Shown piece by piece: positions 48,978 to 61,800 of a stretch of DNA of 64,000 nt (position 1 is the first letter of the stretch; each line of letters begins with the position of its first letter). This DNA comes from Nemertoderma westbladi (Eukaryota; Animalia; Xenacoelomorpha). A model generated the notes under the pieces. The model had not been told where the DNA came from. It made no database searches and saw nothing but the letters and a program-made list of their open reading frames with translations. Location of the stretch: positions 1 to 64,000 of the forward strand of contig JAUCBJ010004415.1 in the NCBI GenBank assembly GCA_032718475.1, in the 5' to 3' direction. A program made the position numbers and the translations under genes.

Positions 48978-51900
48978 TTACGTGGGGGAGTCCCTAGATG
49001 TTTGAAGAATTAGGGAGGTGGTCGTGGGAAGAGTGTCTTGCCTTCCATAGTTCCCGGAGAGTTCTCTGTCTCTTTCCAGTAAACATAAACGACCAACTGG
49101 GCGATTGAGTTATTGCGTCTCAAAGATTATGCCTGGCTTCTTGAAATTACGCCGCATGACGATGAGTTCTACCGAGCGTACTAAACCATCATCTGAGATG
49201 TGGGTCTTGATGATACGACCTGTCTGCCACCGTTTACGTGGGAGGTCTGGATCTACAATAAGCACCATATCTCCGGCGCTGACGTTTTCTTGCTGCGCAA
49301 ACCACTTAGTTCGAAGTTGTAGCGTGGGCAGATAATGTTTCTCGAAATGGTCAGCGAAACGACGGGATAGCAACTGCATAAGTTGCCAAGTTCGACGGCA
49401 GTATTCGTCTCCGTCGGCAATCTCCGATCGTGGGAGCATGGCTACAGGTTTCTTCAGTAGGAAGTGCGCGGGTGTTAGCGCTTCTAGGGAATCGGGACTC
49501 GATGAGACTGGCATAAGAGGTCTCTCGTTGAGATAGGCAGCGATTTCCTCCATTAATGTCCGCAAAAGTTCGTCGGTGAGATACGCGCGGCATGGCACTA
49601 TAAAGTGAAATGCGGTTTTGACACTTCGAATTAATCTCTCACAACTTCCTCCCCACCAAGGGGCGTCGGCAGCGTTGAAGGTCCAGCTAGACGCTGTTAT
49701 CCTTAGCTGGTCGTCCACCTGTCTTTGGTTCCAGTCCTTCACGTAAGCCTGTATCTCGTTGTTGGCACCTATGAAGTTCGTTCCTTTATCCGATCTCATG
49801 GTATTACTCGTCCCGAAGCGAGCGATCTGTCATCGTAAACTTAAGACGAAGCTGTTGGTAGATAGATCGTTCACCATATCGAGATGGATGGCTCTACAAG
49901 TCATGCACACGAAGATGACACACCATCTCTTGACTATAGTCCTCGCACGATATACTTCAATAGGGCCAAATAAATCTACACCAGTATTAGTAAAAGGTGG
50001 TTCATAGAAGCTTACTCGTTCCCTAGGTAATTCTGCCTCTCGCTGTGTTAAAGGCCTACTGAATGCTTTCCTACAGGGTATGCAGTTCCTAAGAACTTGG
50101 TTCAGAGCTCTACGGGGTTTATCAAAATAATAGCGAGTTCGAATTTCGCTAAGAATTCGTTCTCTACCAGCATGATAAAGTTTACCGTGAACGTCTACAA
50201 TCATCTTGATTTGTACTTCAAGATTTCTAATAAGTATGGGGAATTTGGTGTCAAAGGATAAGGGCGCATTGGTGAGTCTTCCTCCAACACGTATTAACCC
50301 ATCTATCATTGTGCTCGAGAATCGATCCCTTAAGCGCATCTGCGGATTTCTCAACAACAGGAAATACTTTTCGGAATCCTCATAGCATTGCAGGAGTCTC
50401 AGTATCTGCTTATTTGTTTCTTCATGCTCCTGGTGACTAATTTTCTCCTTTAGAAAACGATCAGATGTCTTATATTTGGGTAAATTTTTAATGACATGAA
50501 CTTGTGCAGATGTCAATGGAGCGGTATCACTAGTGGTCTTCGTCCTGGAGTAGTGATGATGAAAACATCGTCTTAAATATGTGACGGCTTTACAGAGCCG
50601 ATTCCAGGAACTATAATGATGCATTGCTCTCTGCAGCATGGGTGAGATTCCTTGCGAGACGTCTGGTATTCCAGATTTCCAATCTCTATCTCTAATTTCC
50701 ACAACAGACTTATTTGTGTTGAGGGATTGTGGATCCGAAGCATCATTCCCGGAAGTATGTAATACAGATAGATCGATAGTCGGTTTAAACAACTTCGATT
50801 TACTCGCCCGGGTTTTAGGTTTGACTGTCTCCGCTCCCTTGGCTTGTCTAATCTCTGCCGTAGTAAGGTGAGGAGGCCATTCATCCTCTTCCTTGCTCAG
50901 GAAGTCGGGTCCACCCAACCAATCTGGAGTATCTATCAGTTCCTGTGGAGTTGCTCCCCTGGAGGCGATATCGGCTGGATTAATCGTACCAGGGCAATGT
51001 CTCCATTGATCTATCTTTGTGCGACTAAGAATAATAGCTACTCTGTTAGTAACAAAAACGCTGAACTGACAGACTTCATTGGTTAGATACTCCAACACGA
51101 GTAAAGCGTCGGTCCAATAAACCGTTTTCTCCAGTGGATAGTCGATTTGTTCCGTTACGTTCCGGCCGATGGCTGTAGCGTATAAAGCCGCCTTTAACTC
51201 CGCTCGAGGAACCTTTAACTTGTTGTTAATCAATGCCTTAGAGGTAACCAAGGCGACTTTGATTCCATCCGGGGTTTCGACTCGCAGATATGCTACTATA
51301 CCTATTCCCATGTCGCTGGCGTCTCCAAACACATGGAGTTGATAGGAATACGTAGGAAGAACATGGCCAAAATAGGTACGGGAAATTATAAAGTTCTCGA
51401 TGGCAGGTAGAGAATCTTCCCATTTCATCCATTTCTTTAACAATTCTCCCTTAAGCGGATCGTCCCATGAGTGGTTTTCAAGCCACATTTGTTGTACTAA
51501 ACTCCGAGCAATCAATATGACTGGGCTAATAAATCCCAATGGGTCGAAATAAGTGCTCAGGATACTTAAACAAATCCGTTTGGTCCGAACTGGATTATCT
51601 CGCTGTTTGAGCTGAAAAAACAGGATGTCTCTTTCAGTGTCCCACTTCAAGCCAAGCGTCTTGGTTTCAGGAAGATCGTCCTTTATTAAGTCTAGGTCTT
51701 TCGCTCCGCGGTCTTCTACTGGTATCGCTTCCAGAAACTCACGGGAGTTGCTGGTGAATTTCGTCAGTCGAAATCCACCTCTTTTCAAACACTCTACCGT
51801 TCCTTTCGCGACATCTATGGCTTCTTCTACTGATGGAAGGGACCTTAAATTGTCGTCCATGTATATATTCCGTTTGATGTTGTCTATCACCTCTTTTGAG

Positions 51901-54900
51901 AAGGAGTCTCGGTTGTCATTCGCAGTGGTTCGCACCACGGAGCAGGCGTTGGAAGGGCTTGATATGATTCCAAAGGCCTGGATGGTCCGCTTGCGTCCTT
52001 CTGGGCTCCTCCCTGAGGCGCACCCACGAGGCGGACGCTGTCCCACCACCCTTGGGGCCAGTCTGACTCCGTTTTTATCAGACCGGGCCGGAGGGTAGCC
52101 CGATGCTTCCCGGGTTCAATTTTCAATCCCCCGATCACACCGGCACAGCTCGTCGGTGTAGCCAGATGGTTGGCTACTGTCAACTTACTGTGGCCTGACT
52201 GTACATTGAGCCAACTCCGAGAGTCAACCGGCGGGTGGACCAGTCGATAACGATCGAGCATCAAGGTCGCCCTTGAGCCAAAGCGACGGTCTTGTCCCAA
52301 GTAGGCTTGCGCTACCTAACATGGAATATTGACCGTTTTCACCCGCCTCGCCGGCAGTATTGAGGGGAAGTCGGTTCCGCAAACAATACTGACTAGCTCG
52401 AAAGCTAGGAACAAGTAACCACTTACCAGTCACTGTACACGTGTACTCAATAGATGCTCACGAAATCAAGTACACAACGGTAAACACAAAATCTGACGCA
52501 TACCATGCACACACAGAGGACATAATCGGCAATGGACAAAATCGGTGACAAATCAGAGGGGACAAAATTGTATCGACTAATAAAGAGTCGAGAGTACTTT
52601 ATTTTACCGACAGGGTAAAATAACTTTGTGTGCACAAAGTATGCTGGGGCGCAGTAAAGATATGGTCCTACTAATAACCAGCGGCGACTGAACCAACCGG
52701 TAAGGGTTCCCATACCCACTCGCAGTAGCCATACATACACTCACGTATACCACGTACACACACAAACCACAGATTCCAGAGTATCATTCACTCGGACCAC
52801 ACTACAACACCAACCCCTCCTTGCAGCCGATATTCCGCGTGCCACCTCCATTCCAATAGTAGTACCAACAGAATCATCAGGAACCTGTCCATTCCGATGC
52901 AACACCTCCATTCCAATAGTGCTACCCTGGGAAAAGACACGTTTTGGCAACCGATTGGAGACAGTAAAGAGTCTGGTCAACTCATACATACCACACATAG
53001 ACCTACCACATAGACCACATAAACCACAGATCACACTAAGCCACCACCCCTACTGTGTACAGGACTGGCAGTACGGCAACAGGCCGACTAGGCGATACCA
53101 CGGCACCATGTTGATTCATGGTTCGCAAGACACGAGGGCCTTCAGTAACTCCCCTGCACTATAGAATAGATTTAACGTGCCCCCAGACCCTCACGAGTCC
53201 GCCGCCGCCTGTTCTGGACACCCCTATAGAGACCTCACCTCCTTGGGTATCCAGTATTCTACCGGTTTCTGATTGAGGTCTCCTTCAGGCCACCACAGAA
53301 ATCTCAGGATGTCTCTATCTCTATCCAGCGCCTTGACTTGTAAGAACATTCCCTCTATATCTGAGGCGAACGCGATGGAATATTGTCTTAATCTTAAAAG
53401 TATTCCCAACAAAAATTGGAGCAAGTTGGGTCCTGGTAACAACTCGGAATTGAGGGATTGGCCCATATATAGCGCAGAGCCATCGAATACGACTCGGACT
53501 TCATGAGGTTTACCGGGTTTGGGAACGTAATGATGTGTTAAGTAATACGTTCTCTCAGTCACTGGTGTTCCTTCCGGTACTCGCTCCGCGTATCCCTTTG
53601 TTATAAATTTCTTCAGCTGAGTTTGGTACATTTCTTTAGCTGAAGTATTAGCTGTAAGGCGTCGATGTAATTGAGCGATTCTTTTCTCTGCCAAGGGTCT
53701 GTTATTTATAAATCTAGGTTCTCGTTTTCGAAATGGTAGGCCGATTTCATATCTACCTTGATCCTTTAAAAAACGTGTAGTTGTTTCCTGGATTTGCTTG
53801 GCTCTTTCTTCTTCTATCGATAGAGCCTTATCATATGAATTGGGCTCTACCAGTTCCTGAGTAAAGAATCGTACGGCTAGTTCGTCCCGAGTTCTAGCGT
53901 TGTAGCGCTCTATCTCATCGTTGAGTTCGTCATTGTAAGCGATGGGTTCCGATGGGCGAATCCGTTGACATAGGTTCACCTGATTTTTCCAAGTTTGGTT
54001 TTCTGTAAGTAAGTCGATTGTGTTCTCTTCATCGAAGAGTTGGTAGATGTCGTCATTATCTGAGGAGTATGATGTTCCCTCAGTTAGTTCGTCCACTTCA
54101 CTGCTCTCCACTTCCCAATCGTTTACTTGGTATGTTTGTTCTTGTGGCATTCTCTCTTCGAGAGTCCTGCGGGAAGGGCCAGTAAAGTACCAACCTACTC
54201 TAGTTCTTACCGCATAGGTTTGCAGTGGCTGTGGTTGAGCAGGCCGTTTCTCCAATGTTTCGAGCGCCTCATGCGCGTTCTGGCCGATGAGTATTTGCAC
54301 TCCAGGATAATCTGTCTGGAATCGAGGTATCTTAAGATGTTGGATGCTCTCATCCTCGTCCCAATTATAAAGGTCTGCTTGAGTAGTAGCGAAGTTCTTT
54401 ATAGCCACCATTTTTACTGACCTTATACCTTGTGCTCCTAACTTATCCTGGGGGGTGGACAATACACCTACATAGTAATCTGCCGTTAGGGTAGATTTCC
54501 AAACCTGCATAATTCCTGACATATTCAATTTAGTCCGGAACTTGGGTTGTCCAGCAAAGATATCTTCGGCTAGTTCTTGATCGATGAATGTTCCTGTGCT
54601 GCCGGAGTCAAGGAGGGCGTTCACTATGTAACTTTTGTTAAGACCGTGAACTCTTACCTGCACAACAGGAAATTCTCTGATTCCTACATTGGAAGTTGGA
54701 GCTTTCCAAGATGGTTGTTTGGCAAAAGTAGTTGGGGGAAACTCATCGTTGGTGTCCTTTTCATAAGTAAGTGCTCGATACACTGCGGTATTGATTAGAT
54801 AACAGGATTCGTTGGCGTCGGAGAATTCATCAGTATAGAATCCTTCCATCTCAGATTCTTGATCAGTGTCGTTTACATCACTGAATTGGACATGTAGTTC

Positions 54901-57900
54901 GGGCTCACTTACCTGACTCTGTTTGTCTCGTTCGAACTCACTGTGTAACAAGATGTGATGTTTCGCGCCACACTTTGCACACTTTATATCGGAGTAACAG
55001 GTTCGCAGTTGGTGTCCTGGTCTGAGGCAATTATAGCATAACCGCTTGTCCCACACGACTGCACGTCTGTCTACAAGGGATTTCTTTAGAAATTCAGCAC
55101 ACGCACTCAAACGGTGGGTCCCGTCGCACAACACACAGTTAGGTTTTATGTTACTCACTTTACCTTGGGTAACTTGATGCACTCTCGTTTTTTCTTCGGG
55201 TTTTCTTCGGTGCATTCTGTTAGGAGACTGAGGAGGAGTCTTGACAACCTGTTCTCTCCTATCATTGTTTCGAGCCTTGTATTTACTTACATCCTTTGAG
55301 GTTTTTTCAACGTAGTAAGATCTCTCAGTGTCTTTCCCGCTGTCCTCTTCTTGAGAAGCTTGGCTTTCGCCATCGTCAGTGTAACACACCGGTGTTACTC
55401 TTCTCCTAGAAGCGAGTTTCTCACTTACCTTATTTTCCGATGTTTTCTCTCTGGACTGCTTGATGAGTTGTAGTTTTACTTCACCATCTAAGAAGGACAT
55501 GAGATCAGCCATGGTAGGGCTTCGTCGTTGCTGTTCATTCATATACAACACTTTCTTGTCCCAGCGTGTACATACTCCACCCTTTGGTAAAGTAGAAACT
55601 ACGGCTCCAATAACCATGGAACTCTGATATTCATGAGACTTACCTAACCAGTCCAATTGTCTACAGATTTCCTGAATCTCATCGGAAAACTCTATAATCC
55701 CGCTACTAAGGAAGTGTCGGGGGGCTACTAATTTTGCATACAAATACTTAGCTATGTTATCCTTATTACCATACCTGATGTTTAATGTATCCCATACTTG
55801 TCTTAATCCTTCTGGATGTCCAATAAACTTTAATGCCATTAACCTGGGAGGTCCTTCCAAGCACTTGATGAGGAACCTAAGTTTCTCTCCGTTAGATAGT
55901 ACAGAGTTTTGTATGCTATCTTTGTAATATTCGTTGAAAGGTAACCATTTCATCTCATCTCCATTGAATTTGACGATCTCTCCCACTTTGACCGCTTGGC
56001 GGGCTTCTGTTCTAGCCATCTGACGCGTAAAGCTTTCTTGGGCCATCGTGTTATTTAATATCGAATTATCAGTATATAAATTTCTCGGGTCATTGTCAGG
56101 TCTATAGGGGATATCGTTAATAACAGGTCTATAATCACCCTTAATAGGGTTTGCTATAGGAGTTTCTACTTCACTAGCAGTATAGATGCGTGTAGGCTCC
56201 ACACCTTGCGCATGTAATACTTCAGACCTAACAGGTTGACACAATTTTACAGGGGGTATTGGTATCCCCTTTTGGATATTGACTAATTTGTCGCGTTCTA
56301 GTGCAATACTTTGCTGCACTTCTTGCAACTCTGCTCTACCTTCCCTTACTGTTCCCTTAAGTTGGTGGACAGTCTCCTGCATCTGTCCGAGCAGGAGATT
56401 CATCCCCCGCCGTCCCTCCTCTACCCACTCGACCGCCGAAGCGGGAGTCGCCAACATTGTAGCGGGCTGACGTGGGACGACGGGAGACAAATCTTTGATT
56501 TCTCTCTCAGCTTCCAGGACAGGAATATTCTCATGGACTGTTCTACCGGGTACAGGCAGTGTAGTACTGTGTAAAGGGAACTTAGAGTTAAGCTCTGGAA
56601 GTACAGGGGTCTCTAGCACAGGTGTGACTTTGGGAACGACAGGCCTAATTATTTCAGGCTCATCAACTATTGTAGGGAGTCTTTTGACCTGAATAGTTTG
56701 GTATGTGGGTTCCGTACTACCTAAGTCTGCGCTAGCTAGCTGTCTTCTAACAGCTGGGGGCAAATCAGGCAATTTGTGACGGTGAGATGTTTTTCTAAGC
56801 CTGCTTAGACGAGATCTATTTCCTCCGCCTTCAGGATCGGTGGTTTCGCTTTCCTCCGATGATGTGTATCCTTGGCGTTTGGGAATAGATCGTCTCATCA
56901 TCTGCATTTGACTAGCAGTTAACTGTTTATTTATGTTGTCTTGCGTCTCTTGCAGATTTTCCAACTCCAGTTGGGTAGTCTGCTCAGACGCTCTCCGTTC
57001 TGCTTCTGCCACTGCCCTTTCCGCCTTTGCTTCTGCCGCCGCTGCCTTTCTTTCTGCTTCTGCTTCTGCCGCCGCTGCCTTTCTTTCTGCTTCTGCTTCT
57101 GCCGTAGCCGCCGCCTTTTGTTCCTCTATCCGTCTTTTCTTTACTTTTTCTTCTTGGACTCTAGCGAGGCGGAGTTTTTCATCAAATTCTGCTTGGTTAG
57201 CAGCTAACATTTCAGCATCGATTGAGTCTAACACACGCTGGGTTCCTTCACTATTGGGGGAAAGTCCAGACAGCCGTCTCCTCAACTCTTCGTCTCCTAG
57301 GAATCGCTGATAGTCGGACAGATAAATGTCTATGGCGTCTCTCGTTCGTGGTTTCTCTGAGGTCTCTTCGCCTTCCACTTGAGAAAGGGTGGCATCGGTT
57401 GGTTCTTCATAAGTTAGTCTCTCAGACAGCTGGGATTTCCACTGGTCCGTTTTTTGCACTTTGAGACCTACCCGCTGGAACCAAGTCTTAACAGAAACCT
57501 GCAGCAACGTGTCCTGTCTTCTTTTGGAAGTTTCCTCAAAGGCTGATAGGATTAGTCGAATGCGTAGGGTTCTTTCGCGTACTTGATATAGCAGTTCTTC
57601 CTGCTCTTGAGGTCCTTGGGGTTGTCGAAACAGTTGTTCTTCTAATCGCTCTAAGGAGCCGAAGAATCCCTGCACATATCCTGCTGCCGACCTCTTCCAA
57701 ACAGCTGGATCCATCGTATCTTTAGCCACTCCCATCCTGTGTATATCTTCCCAAGTAGCCTCGGACAGATCTAACGGGAGTCCGGGTCCGGGAAAGTTCC
57801 ATTGTGACTCGACAATAGACATCAATTCTTCCCTGGCGTATCCCGCATAATTATCTTGGGTCGCTCGCTTATTTCTCGCCCAGTCGGCTTGATGTTCCTC

Positions 57901-58293
57901 CACCGCAATCAATATAGTAGCTAGCACTGCGGCAGGAAGGGTGAGAAGGGGGTCCGAGTAGGCTTTAGCCGTCATCTGTAATCCGCGTTCGGGGGTCAGC
58001 TCGACAGTATCCGAACCACTGGAACTATCGGATCGCTGGGAACAAGTTTCTTGACTAGGCTGTTGCTGCTGTGGGACAGCTGCTTCCTGGTTTCGTTTGA
58101 CTTGGGCCCGAGTGCCGATGATAGACCTACGGTGTTGGATTAGCTTAGGGTCTGATACCACTACCGGAGGGATGACCTTTCTTTCAGTAGGAGGTGAGCT
58201 GAACTCCTTTCTTAATCGCTCCACACTCCTATCTGTGTCACAGATGGTTGTATCGATTAGACTGTCTGACAGGTTTTGCTGAGTGTCAGACAT
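48978..58293 (-). CDS. Element E Gag-Pol polyprotein interrupted by a group I intron, with nonsense codons at 49830-49832 and 49110-49112
   Basis: Gag knuckles, PR LLDSGSTGTF, RT ASDIEGMF / (spliced) EYWMTIQAFG..SSP / YMDD, RH FGDAS..RAELKAA..WTD, and IN GVDLFGP, SDKGTNF, GGSCERL. Confidence 0.9.
51988..53248 (-). ncRNA. Group I intron inside the reverse transcriptase of element E
   Basis: Removal rejoins AT|G to restore the frame and the RT motif. P1 CUGGAU|ACCC paired with GGGUGUCCAG, P3 GGCGGGUG/CACCCGCC, P4 ACGGUC/GACCGU, P7 U(C)GACUG/CAGUCA, P8, and a terminal G. Confidence 0.92.
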
Positions 58294-59619
58294 GTTTAGC
58301 TATACAGTTGAATGCTTACTGCTATAGTTACAGTTAAAGCAAGTCTAGCAATTCAGTATGACCGTTGGCCTAGTACCGGTAATTTATTACAGTATATTAG
58401 AATACCGGTATACACTTATAGTATATATAAGTATTGTAAACTAGGTTTGTCACAGAGTACCGGTATATAATTTTAGCACAAATATATATAAATATATAAT
58501 AGGCCTATCGTGAATACCGGTATACAGCTTACACTTATAGTATATATAAGTATAATTATGAACTAGAATTAATTACAGAATACCGGTATGATTTCCGCTC
58601 AAATTTATAGAAATAAATATAATAAGCCTATGGTAAATACCGGTATGTCAATTATTTTAGAATAATTGAATTTCTGAATATTTTAGGGTTACTTGGTTAC
58701 TTTAACTTACTTTGTTACCGTTATTTAAGCAGTAGTCCAACTGATATTGAGACCTAGTTGTTGTATGGCAGGCCTACTATTTATAAATCTTTTGAGTTGA
58801 TTTATAATATTTATATACCCGTTTAAAAGGGGTTTTGTCAATATTTGAAATAAATGTTATTATTTCTGGGGGAGTCACTACACAGAAGCTGTGCGCTCTC
58901 AGTGAAGTGCTATTTATTGGACACTAAAACAGATAATTCTAATTTACCTAAGTTACTTAATACTACAAATTACTTACGATACGGGTGAGATTAATTCTCT
59001 AATTAAACACAACAAAATATTACGTACGAAATTTTTTAGGGTAATTTTACAGGAAGTCTACAAACCAGTCTAACAAAGGGTTAGATTTCTGATTATTACA
59101 ACGGACAGGGTACTACGGTTTTTGAAATAATAAGTAGTAGTAAATATATTGCACTGTCCAGATAGGAAGATACCACCGCCTGACAACCTATAACCGTATC
59201 GCTATAGGTACTACGTTATGTATCACGGAGTGTTCCTACCTAGAAGTTAATTACCGCGGACTACCAGATCCAGCGTGCCTATTAACCACTTTACAACACA
59301 AATATACTGCCTACACACTAATTACCTCGGAAAGCACTGTACACTAAACCCTAAATTAGGTACAAGTACTGGTACAACAAATAATCAGTAGTTAAATATA
59401 CTTGAACAGTTAAAAGAACCACGGCATCTGCTGGAGTGACCGGTGCACAAAATCACCAGTCTTGTCCTACGCCAAGCAGCCCGTGTAGTACCGGGGTTAA
59501 TTTAACTATAACGGTATGTGTAACAAACACAATTACTGTAGGAATAAACTTGGGGACATGAATGTTGCGAATAATCGCATAAACTCTGAATAATAAATAT
59601 TACGCTACCCGTACAGAAT

Positions 59620-60470
59620 ACTCAAACAAAATACAAACCAAACGCTGGCAGACTACCACCAAGCCTAAATAAACTACTGTATGTGCAGATTCCAAAACGG
59701 TTAGTTAGTATGCGTTCTAACACAGTAGTACGACTTATTCTTTAAGAGGGGATTGACCTTACAGCTATGGCTGCCCCAACTTACTAACTGGCACTTTATC
59801 AGACAAACTCTACACACGCAGCAATCTCTTCAGACCTAATAATAGCTAGACAACAATCCAGCCTACAAAATATCTGAGTAATAACTATTACGGTACCTGA
59901 ACAGACCACACAAACAAACACAGGCCAAAACGCTGGCAGAATACTGTCAAGCCTAAATAAACTACAGTATGTGCAGATTCCAAAATTGTTAGTTAGTATG
60001 CGTTCTAACACGGTAGTACGACTTATTCTTTAAGAGGGGATTGACCTTACAGCTATGGCTGCCCCAACTTACTAACTGGCACTCTATCGGACAAACTCTA
60101 CACACGCCGTAATCTCTCCAAACCCAACAACAATCTAACAACAGTCCGGCCTACAATTATCTGAACAATCTGAGCAGACTTACACGTCTTCAGCTCAATA
60201 TTAACTTACATGTAAATAAAACCGACAGAAATAAGTAAAATCTCAATAAAAAATCAGGGCTGCAGTCCCTGATTAAATACTAAGACCTACCGGTATACAA
60301 TAATCAAAATCGAATAATACTAATGTACTTATACTGGAAGTACCGGTTAGGACAGTTGGGCCTACGGACCTACAGAAGTACCGGTTCTGACAGTTGGACC
60401 TACGGACCTACAGCAGTACCGGTTCTGGCAGTTGGGCCTACTGACCTACAGAAGTACCGGTTCAGGTTTA
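59620..60470. repeat. Tandem duplications in the element E 5' leader (~290 bp x2, 38 bp x3)
   Basis: CAAAACGCTGGCAGA.. at ~59638 and ~59926, and GAAGTACCGGTT..CCTACA units at 60337-60460. Confidence 0.85.
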
Positions 60471-60528
60471 CCGGTTGACCGGTACTTTCAACTTTATTGC
60501 TTACTGCAATAAAGTCAATAACTGTTAT

Positions 60529-61795
60529 TGTACGCGCTTTTGAAGACCTTTAGCAGTTTAACCTGCCAAAATTTATATGTCTTTTGGTTTATAAATAGAC
60601 TTTAGAAGATGACAAATATTTAATACCAATAAACACAACATTAGCAGAAGCCAGCCTAGTGCGCGTCCATTCACCCGCTGGATATACCCGGGAGACTGGA
60701 TTCTGAGGGCTTAGATTATTATTGCAGTGTAAGCTTACTGTATTGTATTATTCGATTGATCGTTAATAATTAATTTCTGACTAATATTATTTACTTTCGG
60801 GAAATATTAACAGTTCCTTTAGGACGTGGCGCTCTATCTAGGTAAACAGAGATATGACTTATACTAATCACAACGGTAAGTCGGTAAGGCTTATGATTCA
60901 CGTATGAGGCGCATTCTTTAGGAAATGCTTAGTTATCAGTCACAATCAGGCACACTACCGGTAACACACAATACTGCCCACTAATTTGCCGACCGTCAAT
61001 GATTTTTATCATATATAAAGAGAACAGCAACGGACCAATGTAGTGCTTATCAAATAGCATTAAATTCACTACATACACAATAATATAAGTCGCAATCGCT
61101 ATATATATAACCCGTCTCTCTAACCTGTAGTGTATCAAGAAAATTGGGAAATTTGGGTTCTTTATATATGTTCTCCAAATAATATTCAACCAAAACACAA
61201 CAGTAAACAGCATTAAGACGGTAGGTTAAGATATGATATGACAAGATATGACAAGATATGCACTGATTGTTTTGTTATGATATGATAACAGTTATACGCT
61301 CTATAATTTAAGCCTACTAATGTTTCTTCTAAAGTATGAAAACGAGTTGACTCTAGAGCCGTTGTTCCTGGCCTAGATAGCAACAACAACAAAGTATCAA
61401 GTAAAAAACAGTAAGACTGAACACTCCTAGTATGATCGGCCGAAAGCTCCACATCGACAGAAAAAATCGCTCTGATTGGCTTAAGCTAAACAAAGAACCA
61501 TGTGGCCAATGGCTGTTTCCATGTCAGCAACCAGCTGTTAGATGTCGTAATATGAATCATCACGGCTAAGCTGTGAAAGTTATTTGGTGCATTGCAGGTT
61601 TTTTGCCTTACCATGTCCGCCAAAACACGTATATAGCAGAATGACTTTTATGTCCGTTAAAACACCTATAACGGTACCTTGCGGGCGAGGGGAATATATA
61701 TACAGTTAGAGAACCTTTTAGAGTATTCCAGCGCCTGGGGGGGAAACTGGATTGCGAAGCAAAAGGGCCAGTTATATCCCACAGAAGCTTTTACA
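60529..61795 (-). repeat. Element E 5' LTR
   Basis: Direct repeat of 44557-45823. Confidence 0.95.
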
Positions 61796-61800
61796 GAAGG

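Larger units (their letters stand above)
44557..61795 (-). mobile_element. Full-length BEL/Pao LTR retrotransposon E
   Basis: 1267-bp TG..CA LTRs (44557-45823, 60529-61795, about 4 differences seen), TSD GAAGG (44552-44556, 61796-61800), and gag-PR-RT-RH-IN order. Confidence 0.95.

Noticed and set aside
49110-49832. In-frame stops in E integrase as recoding signals
   Set aside because: They fit CGA to TGA and CAA to TAA point mutations within conserved IN sequence.
51988-53248. Insert as a spliceosomal intron, group II intron or DNA transposon
   Set aside because: Ends are ACCC..GCG (not GT-AG, AT-AC or GUGYG..AY), and there is no TIR or TSD.
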